Below, in pieces: positions 47,971 to 58,001 of a DNA stretch of 64,000 nucleotides. Location of the stretch: IMG/VR virus record IMGVR_UViG_3300010346_000998, one strand, 5' to 3'. Both the position numbers and the translations under genes were made by a program. The stretch comes from a virus. Each line of letters begins with the position of its first letter. Position 1 is the stretch's first letter. Below the pieces are notes generated by a model. The model saw nothing but the letters and a program-made list of their open reading frames with translations. It was not told the origin of the DNA and did not search any database.

Positions 47971-48910
47971 AATTCCAAATTAATAATTCTTTACCCTTTT
48001 TTCCTGATTTCTTAATGGTAGTGATATCAACATTTTTTTCAGAAGCTAAATTTCCATCAACCGTGCGTTTTGCTGCTTTCATAGTATATTGAAGTTCCCA
48101 CGGATATTGATGATATTGAGAAAACCATTCTTCAATATCTTTATCTTGATTATAAGTAATCATCCATTTATGAGAACATTCTTTTACATTTTCCACAAAT
48201 CGTTGATGATTAAATTGTTCATGAAGATTACCTTCTTTTCCATAAAGTTTGTGTGGGATTTTATAGGGAGGGTCTAAAAATATAAATACATTATCTCCGG
48301 GTTCTATAAGTAAAAGATTATAATCTTCGTTAGTAATATTAAATTTAACAGTATTTAATAATTTTGAAGTTTCAGGTAGATTGGAAATGCATTTATCTGT
48401 AAAATTTTGGTCCCATGCGAGCGGCGCATAAGACCCAATCATAGACATGCCCGAGTAAGACAATTTATTTAAAATATACCACAAACAAGCCGTTTCAAAT
48501 TCTTCTTTTTGGTCAATGCTTTCTTCAATTTTTTTACGAGCTTCCAAATGAAGTTCTCGCCCGGCCTGTGCGCTTTTAGATGGTATTCGTTTCCCATCGG
48601 GGAGTCGTTGAACTATATTATCATCCTTAACAATGTATTTTGCCTTAATACTTTGTATTTTTTTTACCATTTGATTTGGATGTTCATAAAGAACTTTCCA
48701 AAAACAATAAACCGGATAAAATAAATCATTAACCCAAAATTTCTTTCCCGGATGCATTTGCATTAAATATAGTCCAATCGAACCTCCACCAAAAAAAGGT
48801 TCTCGGTATTCTTTAAAATTCATTAAAAAATATTTATCAATATGTTTAATGGCATTAGATTTTCCGCCGGGATAACGAACTGGCGTTAGTTTAGATTTTA
48901 AATTATTCAT
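47954..48910 (-). CDS. Dam-like (D12 class) DNA adenine methyltransferase
   Basis: RYPGGKS, EPFFGGGS and FLDPPY. Confidence 0.9.
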   Translation of the reverse strand: MNNLKSKLTPVRYPGGKSNAIKHIDKYFLMNFKEYREPFFGGGSIGLYLMQMHPGKKFWVNDLFYPVYCFWKVLYEHPNQMVKKIQSIKAKYIVKDDNIVQRLPDGKRIPSKSAQAGRELHLEARKKIEESIDQKEEFETACLWYILNKLSYSGMSMIGSYAPLAWDQNFTDKCISNLPETSKLLNTVKFNITNEDYNLLLIEPGDNVFIFLDPPYKIPHKLYGKEGNLHEQFNHQRFVENVKECSHKWMITYNQDKDIEEWFSQYHQYPWELQYTMKAAKRTVDGNLASEKNVDITTIKKSGKKGKELLIWNYDTYS

Positions 48911-48918
48911 TTGAGAGA

Positions 48919-48946
48919 AGTATAACAGAAATTAAAAATTTGTCAA
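48919..48946 (-). promoter_or_regulatory. Sigma70-like promoter of the Dam-like gene
   Basis: Minus strand TTGACA-N16-TATACT with TG extended -10. Confidence 0.65.
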
Positions 48947-49593
48947 TTATATTGAAATTTTAATAAGTTTCTGATTGGTAAAAGAGATTCATAATTTATT
49001 TCATAATTAACCCATTTTCTTTTAACTATGGGAGATTGTTCAATCATTTTTTTTGTCGAAGCTCCCCAAAATCTGACTGTGGCCACACACCGAGACCGGT
49101 CTTCAGATTCGGTCCATCCAAAAACATATAAATCCTGTCTGATTGGCAAAGTTTTTCCATATCCGGTTTGATGCCGGACTTGCCCTACTCCGTATGGTTT
49201 AGACTGATTCTTAACATTAGTCTTTTTTCCCAAATAAATCGTATCTCCGAAAACATCACCGCCGGAAATATTTCGAAAATCAACTGCCGTACCAGTTAAT
49301 TTGCAAAATGCCAATTCCCCTATACGACCTCTTCGTTCAACTTTTCTGGGGTCATTTGGAGTATTAATATATCCTCGTTTCCATTTATCTTCTTTTATAT
49401 TATTACTTTTCCATGTATTAGCTCCCATATTTTCTGATGACCATACACAAAATTGATATTCATCTTCTTTTACAATAACAGTAGCCGTTTCTATTGGTTG
49501 TCTTTTATTGGGAAAATACATATATGGACCGTAATAAAACGAATAAATCGGAGTAACTTGAATTGGTATATAAAAATCCGGGGGTATTTTCAT
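48943..49593 (-). CDS. Hypothetical protein, possibly PD-(D/E)XK nuclease fold
   Basis: GRIGELAF...GGDVFGD...KTNVKN loosely resembles a restriction-endonuclease-like E..D..(D/E)xK pattern. Confidence 0.4.
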   Translation of the reverse strand: MKIPPDFYIPIQVTPIYSFYYGPYMYFPNKRQPIETATVIVKEDEYQFCVWSSENMGANTWKSNNIKEDKWKRGYINTPNDPRKVERRGRIGELAFCKLTGTAVDFRNISGGDVFGDTIYLGKKTNVKNQSKPYGVGQVRHQTGYGKTLPIRQDLYVFGWTESEDRSRCVATVRFWGASTKKMIEQSPIVKRKWVNYEINYESLLPIRNLLKFQYN

Positions 49594-50552
49594 AATTGTA
49601 AATTATATTTTAATAAATCTGTTTCATCAAATTCTCTGGAATTTTGAATAAGTGCATGAATATTTTCAAATCCAATTGTAGAAGGGTCTTTTTCATTTAA
49701 TTTTATAATATGAATTTCAATTTCAGGTACTTCTTTATGTAATCGTTTGTATATATTAATTGAATCCGCTTCTGCATCTGAATCTAAAACTATATTAACC
49801 CGTTTAACATGATATCGATTCATATTAGTACGAAGTGTTGCAGAAGGATATTTTCCAAATAAAGGAATTGCATTATTTCGAATCGCAATAGCATCAAAAA
49901 CCCCCTCGCATAAAGTAAGGGGTTCACGATAATTTATAAAACATTCAAATCCTACAATATCCATTGAGACATTGGGTTTTTTATGAGGAATTACTCCCTC
50001 GGCATTATAGTAACGCCGTCCTATAAAAAAATTAAGATTGCCTTGAGCATCATAAGAAGGTACAATAATATGTTGGTCATATTCTCCGCCTTCACAATAT
50101 CCAATATTATATCTAAGTATATCTTCTTGTATAATGCCCCGTTTTTTTAAATATGCCATTGCATTTCTATATTCTATGCTTTTTTTAGGCTTATACATGG
50201 GGTGAAATTCGGGCGGAAGTTGTAAAAAATTTAATTTCTTTTCTTTTTGAGAATACCGTGTAAGCTTAATTTCAGGAAGTAACTTTTTAATTTCATTCCA
50301 ATAAAAAGGCGGAGCCTGTAACTTTTTAAGAAGAGTACCAAAAGAAACTCCTTTGGTGTCACATCTCCAACAATGATATGCCCCAATACGTGGTCCTTTA
50401 ACAGCAATTTCCAATTTGCGTGTTATGGGATTTTTATCAACACAAAAGGGACAATGATAAGTAAGTTGAGCTCCATCTTTTCGGAGCCTAGCTTTTTGCC
50501 CAAATAATTTATTAAAAATAACTTCTAATTCGTATTGTACCATTTTTGGCAC
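49590..50552 (-). CDS. DNA primase-like protein (Zn finger + TOPRIM)
   Basis: HCPFC...HCWRC zinc finger; LCEGVFDA and VLDSDA TOPRIM motifs. Confidence 0.88.
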   Translation of the reverse strand: MPKMVQYELEVIFNKLFGQKARLRKDGAQLTYHCPFCVDKNPITRKLEIAVKGPRIGAYHCWRCDTKGVSFGTLLKKLQAPPFYWNEIKKLLPEIKLTRYSQKEKKLNFLQLPPEFHPMYKPKKSIEYRNAMAYLKKRGIIQEDILRYNIGYCEGGEYDQHIIVPSYDAQGNLNFFIGRRYYNAEGVIPHKKPNVSMDIVGFECFINYREPLTLCEGVFDAIAIRNNAIPLFGKYPSATLRTNMNRYHVKRVNIVLDSDAEADSINIYKRLHKEVPEIEIHIIKLNEKDPSTIGFENIHALIQNSREFDETDLLKYNLQL

Positions 50553-50594
50553 AAGTTACTAAATCACACGTCAAACATCAATTTTTTATACTCT

Positions 50595-50888
50595 TTATTT
50601 TAATCTTGCTTCTTCAACTTCTTCTTCTAACCGTGAAATAGCCATATGTAATGGAATTTCATACCATTCATTTTTCTGAGAAAAAGCAAAATGCTTCATA
50701 GATTCTTTAATACGCTTTTCAGCCGCAAAACAATCGGGATGTTCAATATTATAAACCATTTTATATCCTCTGTTAGGGTCAGAAGTTTGATAAGCACGAA
50801 GACGCGAATTTAAATTTTCAGTACATCCCACCTTAACAAATCCTGGAAATGCATCGTTTGTAACTATATAAAGATATCCTGCCTTCAT
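50595..50888 (-). CDS. GIY-YIG (T5orf172-like) domain protein
   Basis: GYLYIV...VKVG...RL.AYQTS...E...EW. Confidence 0.75.
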   Translation of the reverse strand: MKAGYLYIVTNDAFPGFVKVGCTENLNSRLRAYQTSDPNRGYKMVYNIEHPDCFAAEKRIKESMKHFAFSQKNEWYEIPLHMAISRLEEEVEEARLK

Positions 50889-51094
50889 GAATTGTATAAA
50901 CTTTTATATTTTGGGTCAGAATGCATACATTCTTCACATATGTATTCTTCATCATCTCGACGGAAATCTTTCCAATTTCCTTCTGATACAATATAATAAC
51001 CGTTTGTAATTATTACTCCGGTTTTAGCACAGAGACTTATTGTTCCTTTAATTTCTCTGTCACATCTGTCACATATTATTTGTACCGTTTTCAC
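50885..51094 (-). CDS. Small Zn-binding protein
   Basis: CDRC...CEEC; GTG start overlapping the upstream TGA. Confidence 0.6.
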   Translation of the reverse strand: MKTVQIICDRCDREIKGTISLCAKTGVIITNGYYIVSEGNWKDFRRDDEEYICEECMHSDPKYKSLYNS

Positions 51095-51591
51095 GTACTA
51101 TAAATATAGCACGAAGCAACAATAGCATCATAAACATCTTCCATTCTTTTATCTGGAACTCCGTTACGATTTAATTTTATCCACGGAGTAATATCATATT
51201 TTTCCTCGATTTGTTGCTTTACATATTCTTTGGGTTTGATTCCTTTAATACGACTTTTTCCAAATAGTTGTTTTCGCATAGTCGTGGCATTAGCATAAAT
51301 TATTGGAAGATGAAAATGTTCCTCTAAAATATAACAAATAACAGCTTTATTTTTTGCCAGTTTCAAAAGAGTTTGTTGCGAAGTTTTTCCAAAAACAAAA
51401 CCAGATAAAGTTTCTTCAACAATAATTTGATGAAATTCTTTCCCCCCCAATCCCTCTATAATAATTTTAGATTTATCTTTATAACTTTCAAATTTAGATA
51501 TATCAAAAAATCCAGCATCTAATAATTTTTTATTCTCAGTTATAGCAAATCCACACGTAGTACATGATAAATCTAATCCCAACGATTTCAT
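51091..51591 (-). CDS. RuvC-like Holliday junction resolvase
   Basis: LGLDLS...GFA, IIVEE and EDVYDAI acidic catalytic pattern. Confidence 0.8.
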   Translation of the reverse strand: MKSLGLDLSCTTCGFAITENKKLLDAGFFDISKFESYKDKSKIIIEGLGGKEFHQIIVEETLSGFVFGKTSQQTLLKLAKNKAVICYILEEHFHLPIIYANATTMRKQLFGKSRIKGIKPKEYVKQQIEEKYDITPWIKLNRNGVPDKRMEDVYDAIVASCYIYST

Positions 51592-51637
51592 TTATATATC
51601 ACTTTATTTGTAACCTTCATTATTTAAAAAAATAATT

Positions 51638-51931
51638 TTATCCGTGATATTTTCTTGTATCTAATCCTTGAATATAAAGTGAAAGGCTACTATTTCCTGC
51701 TTGAACATCTCTTAATTGAGATACGAGTGGCATCATTTTAACTTGAAATCCATTAGGATTTTGGAAGATAGCTCCGTTTTGACTAGCAGCATCAATTACT
51801 TGTCCGGGGATTGGTACTGCGCCGGGCGGTCCGAGAACGTCCTTAACTTCAAATGCGCCTCCCGCATGTTGCCGTGCATATCTCTGGTCGAGAGTAGTTG
51901 TTAATGATGGTCTTTCATTAGGTATTGGCAT
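51638..51931 (-). CDS. Hypothetical protein
   Basis: 97 aa with an AAGGA Shine-Dalgarno-like site upstream. Confidence 0.65.
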   Translation of the reverse strand: MPIPNERPSLTTTLDQRYARQHAGGAFEVKDVLGPPGAVPIPGQVIDAASQNGAIFQNPNGFQVKMMPLVSQLRDVQAGNSSLSLYIQGLDTRKYHG

Positions 51932-52051
51932 ATTAATATTCCTTTTTATACTAAATGTATATTATTCTTCTTAAAAATATTTTTTATAGGTCACATTTTT
52001 ATCACACGTCTTATCAAACGCGGGATTTGATTTCATCAAATATAAATATAA

Positions 52052-54478
52052 TTAAAAGTCCATTTTCACCACGAAATTTATAGGTAATTCGGGTGTTATT
52101 TTAATGGGCGTTCCTAATTTGGCGACAGCTACCAATTCTAACCCATCATAAAGTCCAATTGTAGTGACCATTGGAGCTAAATATGAGCCGGTTTTATCAA
52201 ATGCCGTTAAACGTTCATAATCTAAAAAATTACTTTTAATTGCAGGCTTAGTATGTTTTTGACTTAAACCATTAAGATAATCCATAATATCATTAAAAAA
52301 ACGACGGTGACAAGCAGGCGTAATATATGTAGAATAATTTTCTTGATTTAAACGATTAGAAAAATATTTCCATATAATATTCATATCTCGATAATCAATA
52401 CGAGAATCTTCATTAAGGTCTAAAATAAATTGCATTTCTGTATCTATTGTTTCCCAACGCAACAAACTTTCACTAATTAATTGTGCAGTCACCGTATTAT
52501 TAGTAATAGATTTATAATAATTAAGTAAGCTTATTTCATCATCCGACTTTACAATAGAAGAGCTCCAATCAGTTGAAACAGGAACTCCAAGTATAGCCGT
52601 ATTCTTATATTGCATATAACTTAAAATAACATCCGCATCTTGAAAATCAAATTTTCCATTTTTATTAATATCAAATATAGAATATGAATTCACAATAGCT
52701 GTTGGATTTTGACTTACATTAAATTCTCCCGGCTCAACCGTACAAATAATTTGTTTTTCATGAATTGTATGTTGACTCTTAAATCTTAAATCATATTCAT
52801 AGGTGTAAGTATTAATAGGAGAATAAAATAAACCATCAAATACAGACCCCGAAGTCATAATAATGAATTTTCCATTTCTATAAAAAACATTACCTACATG
52901 AAAAGTGTCTCGAAGATTATGAAAGTTATAAATATAGGCTTTTCCTGTAATATCATCTAAATCTGTATTAGAGCTATGAGTTACCTCAATATTTATCAGC
53001 CGATTTTCATCACAAAGATACATTGGAGCACCTACAACCATTGAAAAATCTGCAATTTCTACGTCAAACCCATATTCTCGATATGGACTTAGATACTTTT
53101 TCTTTTTCTGATAAACATTTGTAATTTCCCATATTCCTGACCCAGTGTTTTTTTGAAGAAGCATAGCTTGCCCACAAAGTATATTTTCTAATTCAGAACT
53201 ACAATATCGTAATTGATTTAGAGTTCCTTCAATGTAACACGAATCCTTGCTGGTTACATCTAATTTTGGAATGCCTACTATAGCACTTCCGCTAAATATA
53301 TCCACAGACCACCCCATACGATTATTGTAAAGAGTAGTTGGTGTTCCATAAGTCTTTAAAACTTGTTCCCATCCTTCTAATTCAGGCGGGCACCGTTCAA
53401 AAATATACGCAGACCCCTGCTGATATAATGTTGACCCGTTATATTCATAAAACATACGGTCATAAGGTTCTCCTACTATAACCGTATCTCCATAAATTCC
53501 TACTGAATATCCAAATCCATTATAAACATTCATGGTAATATTATCAGGCTGAGGAATATATTTGGAATTGAATGTCATGGGATAAACACTCAAATCGGGC
53601 CGAAATACATAAGTTTGTATCCATGTATTATTAACATATTCAAAAAGGTAAGCTTTAGAACTCATTGGATTTCCACATCCAACTACTAAGCTATAACTGT
53701 GAGGTCCCTCGTATTTATTTAATTTTAAACTCCATCCAAATTGAGACTTATCAACTCCATCTGTTAAAGTTATTTTTTGAAACAATGACCAAGAATAATT
53801 ATTATTTGTGGATTCATTTTTGTATAAATAAACGGCTCCATTTGATGCACTATAATATGGAGCTCCAATAGCAATCCAATCTTTATTAATAGATACTGCC
53901 ATGCCAAAAGACCCCGTTTCTACAAGGGACGAGTGTAAATCCGGGTCATCAATAATAAAAGCCGCAGCACTGCTGCTTTTTGCAGTCCATTCCGTACGAG
54001 CTAAATCATAGACTTCGGTCATGGCCCAAGAAGCGGTAATAAAACTGGCTGATGTTTGGCATACTTCTGTAAGATACGGCGTTCCTACTACCAATAATTT
54101 TTCATACATATCCAGAGAAACACCAAACCCATTTTCAAGAGATGCAGTGTAAAGGTCTTTATCAATACAAATGTTATATTCTGGATAAAAAACCAATGGA
54201 GAATTTTCTGCTGAAATGGGCGTCGAAGCAGAAATTGGGTTATTTTTTTCAGTAGTTAATCTAACATCAAATTCTCTCCATAATTGATATATAGTACCTA
54301 CATAATCATGTTCATCTTTAGATTTATTATAAAGAAATACATCCACCGACCCCGTACGTTCTTCTATACTGGCCGTGGCACGGTCCCACCGGAGAAGATT
54401 AGGATTAGAAACTACAACATAATCTCCATAAGTAGTAACAGCGTATCCGTAATTTACATTTTTAGCTTTAACATACAT
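52052..54478 (-). CDS. Virion structural protein: FG-GAP beta-propeller, EF-hand/dockerin-like loops and C-terminal GLY...ELVAVAKL domain
   Basis: Seven [FYM]G.[AS]V...[VI]G[AT]P-type blades; DINKNGKFDFQD and DLNEDSRIDYRD; TTIGLYDGLELVAVAKL. Confidence 0.7.
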   Translation of the reverse strand: MYVKAKNVNYGYAVTTYGDYVVVSNPNLLRWDRATASIEERTGSVDVFLYNKSKDEHDYVGTIYQLWREFDVRLTTEKNNPISASTPISAENSPLVFYPEYNICIDKDLYTASLENGFGVSLDMYEKLLVVGTPYLTEVCQTSASFITASWAMTEVYDLARTEWTAKSSSAAAFIIDDPDLHSSLVETGSFGMAVSINKDWIAIGAPYYSASNGAVYLYKNESTNNNYSWSLFQKITLTDGVDKSQFGWSLKLNKYEGPHSYSLVVGCGNPMSSKAYLFEYVNNTWIQTYVFRPDLSVYPMTFNSKYIPQPDNITMNVYNGFGYSVGIYGDTVIVGEPYDRMFYEYNGSTLYQQGSAYIFERCPPELEGWEQVLKTYGTPTTLYNNRMGWSVDIFSGSAIVGIPKLDVTSKDSCYIEGTLNQLRYCSSELENILCGQAMLLQKNTGSGIWEITNVYQKKKKYLSPYREYGFDVEIADFSMVVGAPMYLCDENRLINIEVTHSSNTDLDDITGKAYIYNFHNLRDTFHVGNVFYRNGKFIIMTSGSVFDGLFYSPINTYTYEYDLRFKSQHTIHEKQIICTVEPGEFNVSQNPTAIVNSYSIFDINKNGKFDFQDADVILSYMQYKNTAILGVPVSTDWSSSIVKSDDEISLLNYYKSITNNTVTAQLISESLLRWETIDTEMQFILDLNEDSRIDYRDMNIIWKYFSNRLNQENYSTYITPACHRRFFNDIMDYLNGLSQKHTKPAIKSNFLDYERLTAFDKTGSYLAPMVTTIGLYDGLELVAVAKLGTPIKITPELPINFVVKMDF

Positions 54479-54507
54479 AATTATCGTCTATACATATCGG
54501 ACTTAAA

Positions 54508-55959
54508 TTATGTTACAGGAATGCTTCCTAAAACAAAAATTTTATTAAGTGAAGCATCATAAATTAATCTTTTTATATAATTGTAATATAACCCATTATA
54601 TTCAATATGAGGATTAATTGTATCTAATGTCCAAACAAGTCTATCGGGTGATGTAAAAATATAACCAGTACGATTACTAACAGCAAAATGACCTTTTGCC
54701 GAATTCCATGTTACTCCTGTAATATCATTATCATATATAGGAGGTAGTTGATTTAAATCAGTCCAGTCAATGCCATCTCCCGAAGAGGCCATCATTCCCA
54801 TTTCTCCTACGGCCAAAAACATATTAAGAGACGGGCTATAAGCCACACCTAAATAAGCATTGGTTGTAGGTTCAGGGAATGGATATACAGATTGCCATGT
54901 TTTAAGGTCTGTAGAAGTTAATATGAGACCCGTCCCCCCAGGACTTCCATAGATGCTCGGACCAACAATTACATATCTTGAACCATTAAAGGCAATTCGG
55001 AATGCACAGTCCGAAACCCCGGTAGATTCTAACCCCCATTCAATTCCATTTGAAGATGTAATTATCGTTCCGTTGTTTCCACATGCTATAAATCGAGAAC
55101 CATCATAAATCGCATCCCAAATAAATTCATCAGTAGGAATAGTAATTAAATTCCACGTTTCACCCCCATCATTAGACCACTGAGCGTTTGTTTCATTATC
55201 AGGCGCATTAAATCCTACATAAACCCCATTTCCATATACCATAGTTAATGGCAAATAAAGAGCAGTTCCAATATTTTCCCAATTTGTTCCATTCATAGAT
55301 TTCATAACCATATATTTTTCTTCTTCAGGAAGCATATCTATAGTTATAAATCCGTTGCTCCCACTTGAAATGGATTGAACATCTATATACCAATCTTCAT
55401 TATATGGAAGGTCAGTATTTGGAGGAATAAGAATATAATTTTCTGTATCAATTGATTCAGTTGAAGGACCTGTAATTGACCCCGAACTTTCATTAAAAGT
55501 TATATCATATACAATTCCAGTATTAGAAGTAACTTCTCCTTCCGGATAAATATCATGGTCATCCCCAACTAAAGACGAATCAAAAAATTGTTCGAAAGAA
55601 GCTTCATCCCCATAATATTCGGGGTCCGGATGATGTTTTGGGGTTTGTGTTGAAATAGTAGTACCATCAAATGGCTTAATATCTGGCTTAGCATCAACGG
55701 TTAAATATACTGTTACAATGGATGGACTGCTTAAATATACAGAATATTTGGCACTAAAAGACCCAGTTCCATATTCATTTGTTGCTGCTACTCGATACCA
55801 ATATGTATTTTCAATTTCAACATCTTCATCTGTATAAGTATATTGAAGACCCGTAGTTGGTAAATCTACCCACGAATCACCATCATCTGTAGATTTTTGT
55901 AATAAAAATCCATTATTATCTTCTAATTCGTAGCTCCAATTAATAATAATAGCTGTCAT
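54508..55959 (-). CDS. Fn3 + Asp-box/BNR beta-propeller virion protein
   Basis: N-terminal YWYRVAATNEYGTG Fn3; repeated S.DG..W (SDDGDSW, SNDGGETW, SSNGIEW, SGDGIDW). Confidence 0.7.
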   Translation of the reverse strand: MTAIIINWSYELEDNNGFLLQKSTDDGDSWVDLPTTGLQYTYTDEDVEIENTYWYRVAATNEYGTGSFSAKYSVYLSSPSIVTVYLTVDAKPDIKPFDGTTISTQTPKHHPDPEYYGDEASFEQFFDSSLVGDDHDIYPEGEVTSNTGIVYDITFNESSGSITGPSTESIDTENYILIPPNTDLPYNEDWYIDVQSISSGSNGFITIDMLPEEEKYMVMKSMNGTNWENIGTALYLPLTMVYGNGVYVGFNAPDNETNAQWSNDGGETWNLITIPTDEFIWDAIYDGSRFIACGNNGTIITSSNGIEWGLESTGVSDCAFRIAFNGSRYVIVGPSIYGSPGGTGLILTSTDLKTWQSVYPFPEPTTNAYLGVAYSPSLNMFLAVGEMGMMASSGDGIDWTDLNQLPPIYDNDITGVTWNSAKGHFAVSNRTGYIFTSPDRLVWTLDTINPHIEYNGLYYNYIKRLIYDASLNKIFVLGSIPVT

Positions 55960-55965
55960 ATTTAA

Positions 55966-56574
55966 TTAAGAAGGCTCTAAAACTATACTTCCTGAAATAT
56001 TCGGAATCCCTTGGGGAGGCTCATTCAAGGGTTCAATTGGATTTTCTGGTGAAACAAATGTAATACTTGCTGTATTACTAAAACTAGATGTTCCCGCCGA
56101 ATTTACGGAGGCAACCGAATACCAATAGGTATTTCCTCCCGGGCTGCTTGTTACATCTTCGTCAGTAAAATTATCTACTAGAGAAACATTAAAATCCGAA
56201 AAAATATTTCCATCAGTAGATTTTCGTATGGTGTAATAATCTTGTATAGAATGATTTTGGTCAGGAATCCCCGGCGTCCAACTAAGAATAGCCGAACCAC
56301 TTGAAACTTCTAATTCACTCGGAGGATTGGGAATGCCATAAGGTATAAAAATACTTCCTGTGTCACTAAAGCTTCCAGTACCATACTTATTTATAGCAGC
56401 AATACGATACCAGTACGTATGGGCAAGCAAAACATCATTATCAATATATGAAGATGCCGTAGCATCTAAAGTATAATTTGTTGTCCATGACGAACCCGAA
56501 TCTATTGACCGTTGCAATAAAAATCCCGTATTATCCGATAAAGTATAAGTCCAAGTTAATGATGTAGCATACAT
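55966..56574 (-). CDS. Fibronectin type III repeat virion protein
   Basis: Two Fn3 modules ending YWYRIAAINKYGTG and YWYSVASVNSAGTS. Confidence 0.75.
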   Translation of the reverse strand: MYATSLTWTYTLSDNTGFLLQRSIDSGSSWTTNYTLDATASSYIDNDVLLAHTYWYRIAAINKYGTGSFSDTGSIFIPYGIPNPPSELEVSSGSAILSWTPGIPDQNHSIQDYYTIRKSTDGNIFSDFNVSLVDNFTDEDVTSSPGGNTYWYSVASVNSAGTSSFSNTASITFVSPENPIEPLNEPPQGIPNISGSIVLEPS

Positions 56575-56585
56575 AGAATTTCTCT

Positions 56586-56593
56586 TATAAATA
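56586..56593 (-). promoter_or_regulatory. TATTTATA upstream motif
   Basis: Coding-strand TATTTATA 11 nt upstream of ATG 56574. Confidence 0.5.
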
Positions 56594-56664
56594 TAAAAAT
56601 TCTTAGGTTTTATTCATTAAATATTTGTTAAATTTAACTCAGAACTAATTCAATTTTCATAATA

Positions 56665-57984
56665 TTATGCGACATAACTTCTATCCCATTTCCATGTATA
56701 AGATATTGTTAATGTTTGTGTATTAAATGTTTCTTGTGGATTATTAAATACAAAACAAAACGCTTGATTATTAGGATGAGCAGGGTCGGTTCCTTTTCCA
56801 AATCCCATACTTCGAATTTGACTTCTATTGGCTTGACCATAAGTCGAAGATTTATTAATAGTATAAGAATTTAAAACATAAGCATTTTTATATGTGATAA
56901 CTTCACCAAGATATTCAGTTATAGGAGGAAAGGCGGGCTTAAGGCTCGTTCGTCTGTCCACCGCCGTATTAAAACTTTGAAGCGGAGTTGCGTCGGTAGA
57001 TATCCAGAACAAACAATCTAATCCTATAGAACAAGGTTCTAAAGTAGCTGTTCCATAAGAAGTTCCATTATAAATAACATAAGATAATAAAGTACTTTCC
57101 CATCTACCTTCAGAATCTTTGGTACCAGCAACAACTCTTTGAATTGATTCAGACCCTTCAGTATTGCTCCATCCTGTAATAGATGCATCTGGCCTGGATA
57201 TAGATTCGGTGGGATAAACCGATACTTGTAATTGATATGACAGTCGTATTCGTTGGTCGGGGTCGACATGTACTGGTACTGGAAGTAATAATCGGCTAAA
57301 AGTATTGCCGGGATTTCCAACGGCACTAGTCCATCCTACTCCTACTTCTTTATAATCAACAGGAGATACTTCCGGAGTAAAATCCCATGTTCTTGTCATC
57401 GACATAACGTTATCATTCCACGTAGAGCCACACAAACCACTACCACTTACTAAATTTGTGTTAATTATTCCAGACCCAGCTCTCTTAACTTCTGCTTGTA
57501 ATCCGGTCTGTGAAGTTTTCCATATTGTAAAATTCGTAGTGGAAATATTTACATTTTTATTTACAGTACATTCTGTTGCATCAATTCCACCAACTACTTG
57601 GACTGCGCTTACTCCATTTTCAGGCGTGTCAAATACAATAGTATCTCCAACCGCCATTGTTCCCCCCGGATAACCCGCCAAAGATTGTGTAAATGAAACA
57701 AAAGAATCGTCGGGTATTAATGTAACTTTTGTTCCTGTTTGAGATACAGTTGATGTATTTCCATATACACTATTTACTCGTGTCCCTGTTCCTACAATAC
57801 CATATTTCATTATATCAGCATAAGCTGTATAAGCTACTTGATTAAGACCAGTATTTAAAATTAAATTCTTTTGATATTCCGGCTGTTCCCAAACTACCTC
57901 TCCGTTAGCATCAACGACTGAAACTTTAAATGCGCCCCCGAGAGTTTGTTTTATTGAACCCACATTATATTTTTTATTATTCAT
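56665..57984 (-). CDS. Putative virion structural protein
   Basis: 439 aa; EYQKNLILNTGL and YKEVGVGW resemble tail/baseplate proteins; AAGGAG Shine-Dalgarno upstream. Confidence 0.55.
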   Translation of the reverse strand: MNNKKYNVGSIKQTLGGAFKVSVVDANGEVVWEQPEYQKNLILNTGLNQVAYTAYADIMKYGIVGTGTRVNSVYGNTSTVSQTGTKVTLIPDDSFVSFTQSLAGYPGGTMAVGDTIVFDTPENGVSAVQVVGGIDATECTVNKNVNISTTNFTIWKTSQTGLQAEVKRAGSGIINTNLVSGSGLCGSTWNDNVMSMTRTWDFTPEVSPVDYKEVGVGWTSAVGNPGNTFSRLLLPVPVHVDPDQRIRLSYQLQVSVYPTESISRPDASITGWSNTEGSESIQRVVAGTKDSEGRWESTLLSYVIYNGTSYGTATLEPCSIGLDCLFWISTDATPLQSFNTAVDRRTSLKPAFPPITEYLGEVITYKNAYVLNSYTINKSSTYGQANRSQIRSMGFGKGTDPAHPNNQAFCFVFNNPQETFNTQTLTISYTWKWDRSYVA

Positions 57985-58001
57985 TTTTATCTCCTTTGTT
58001 A

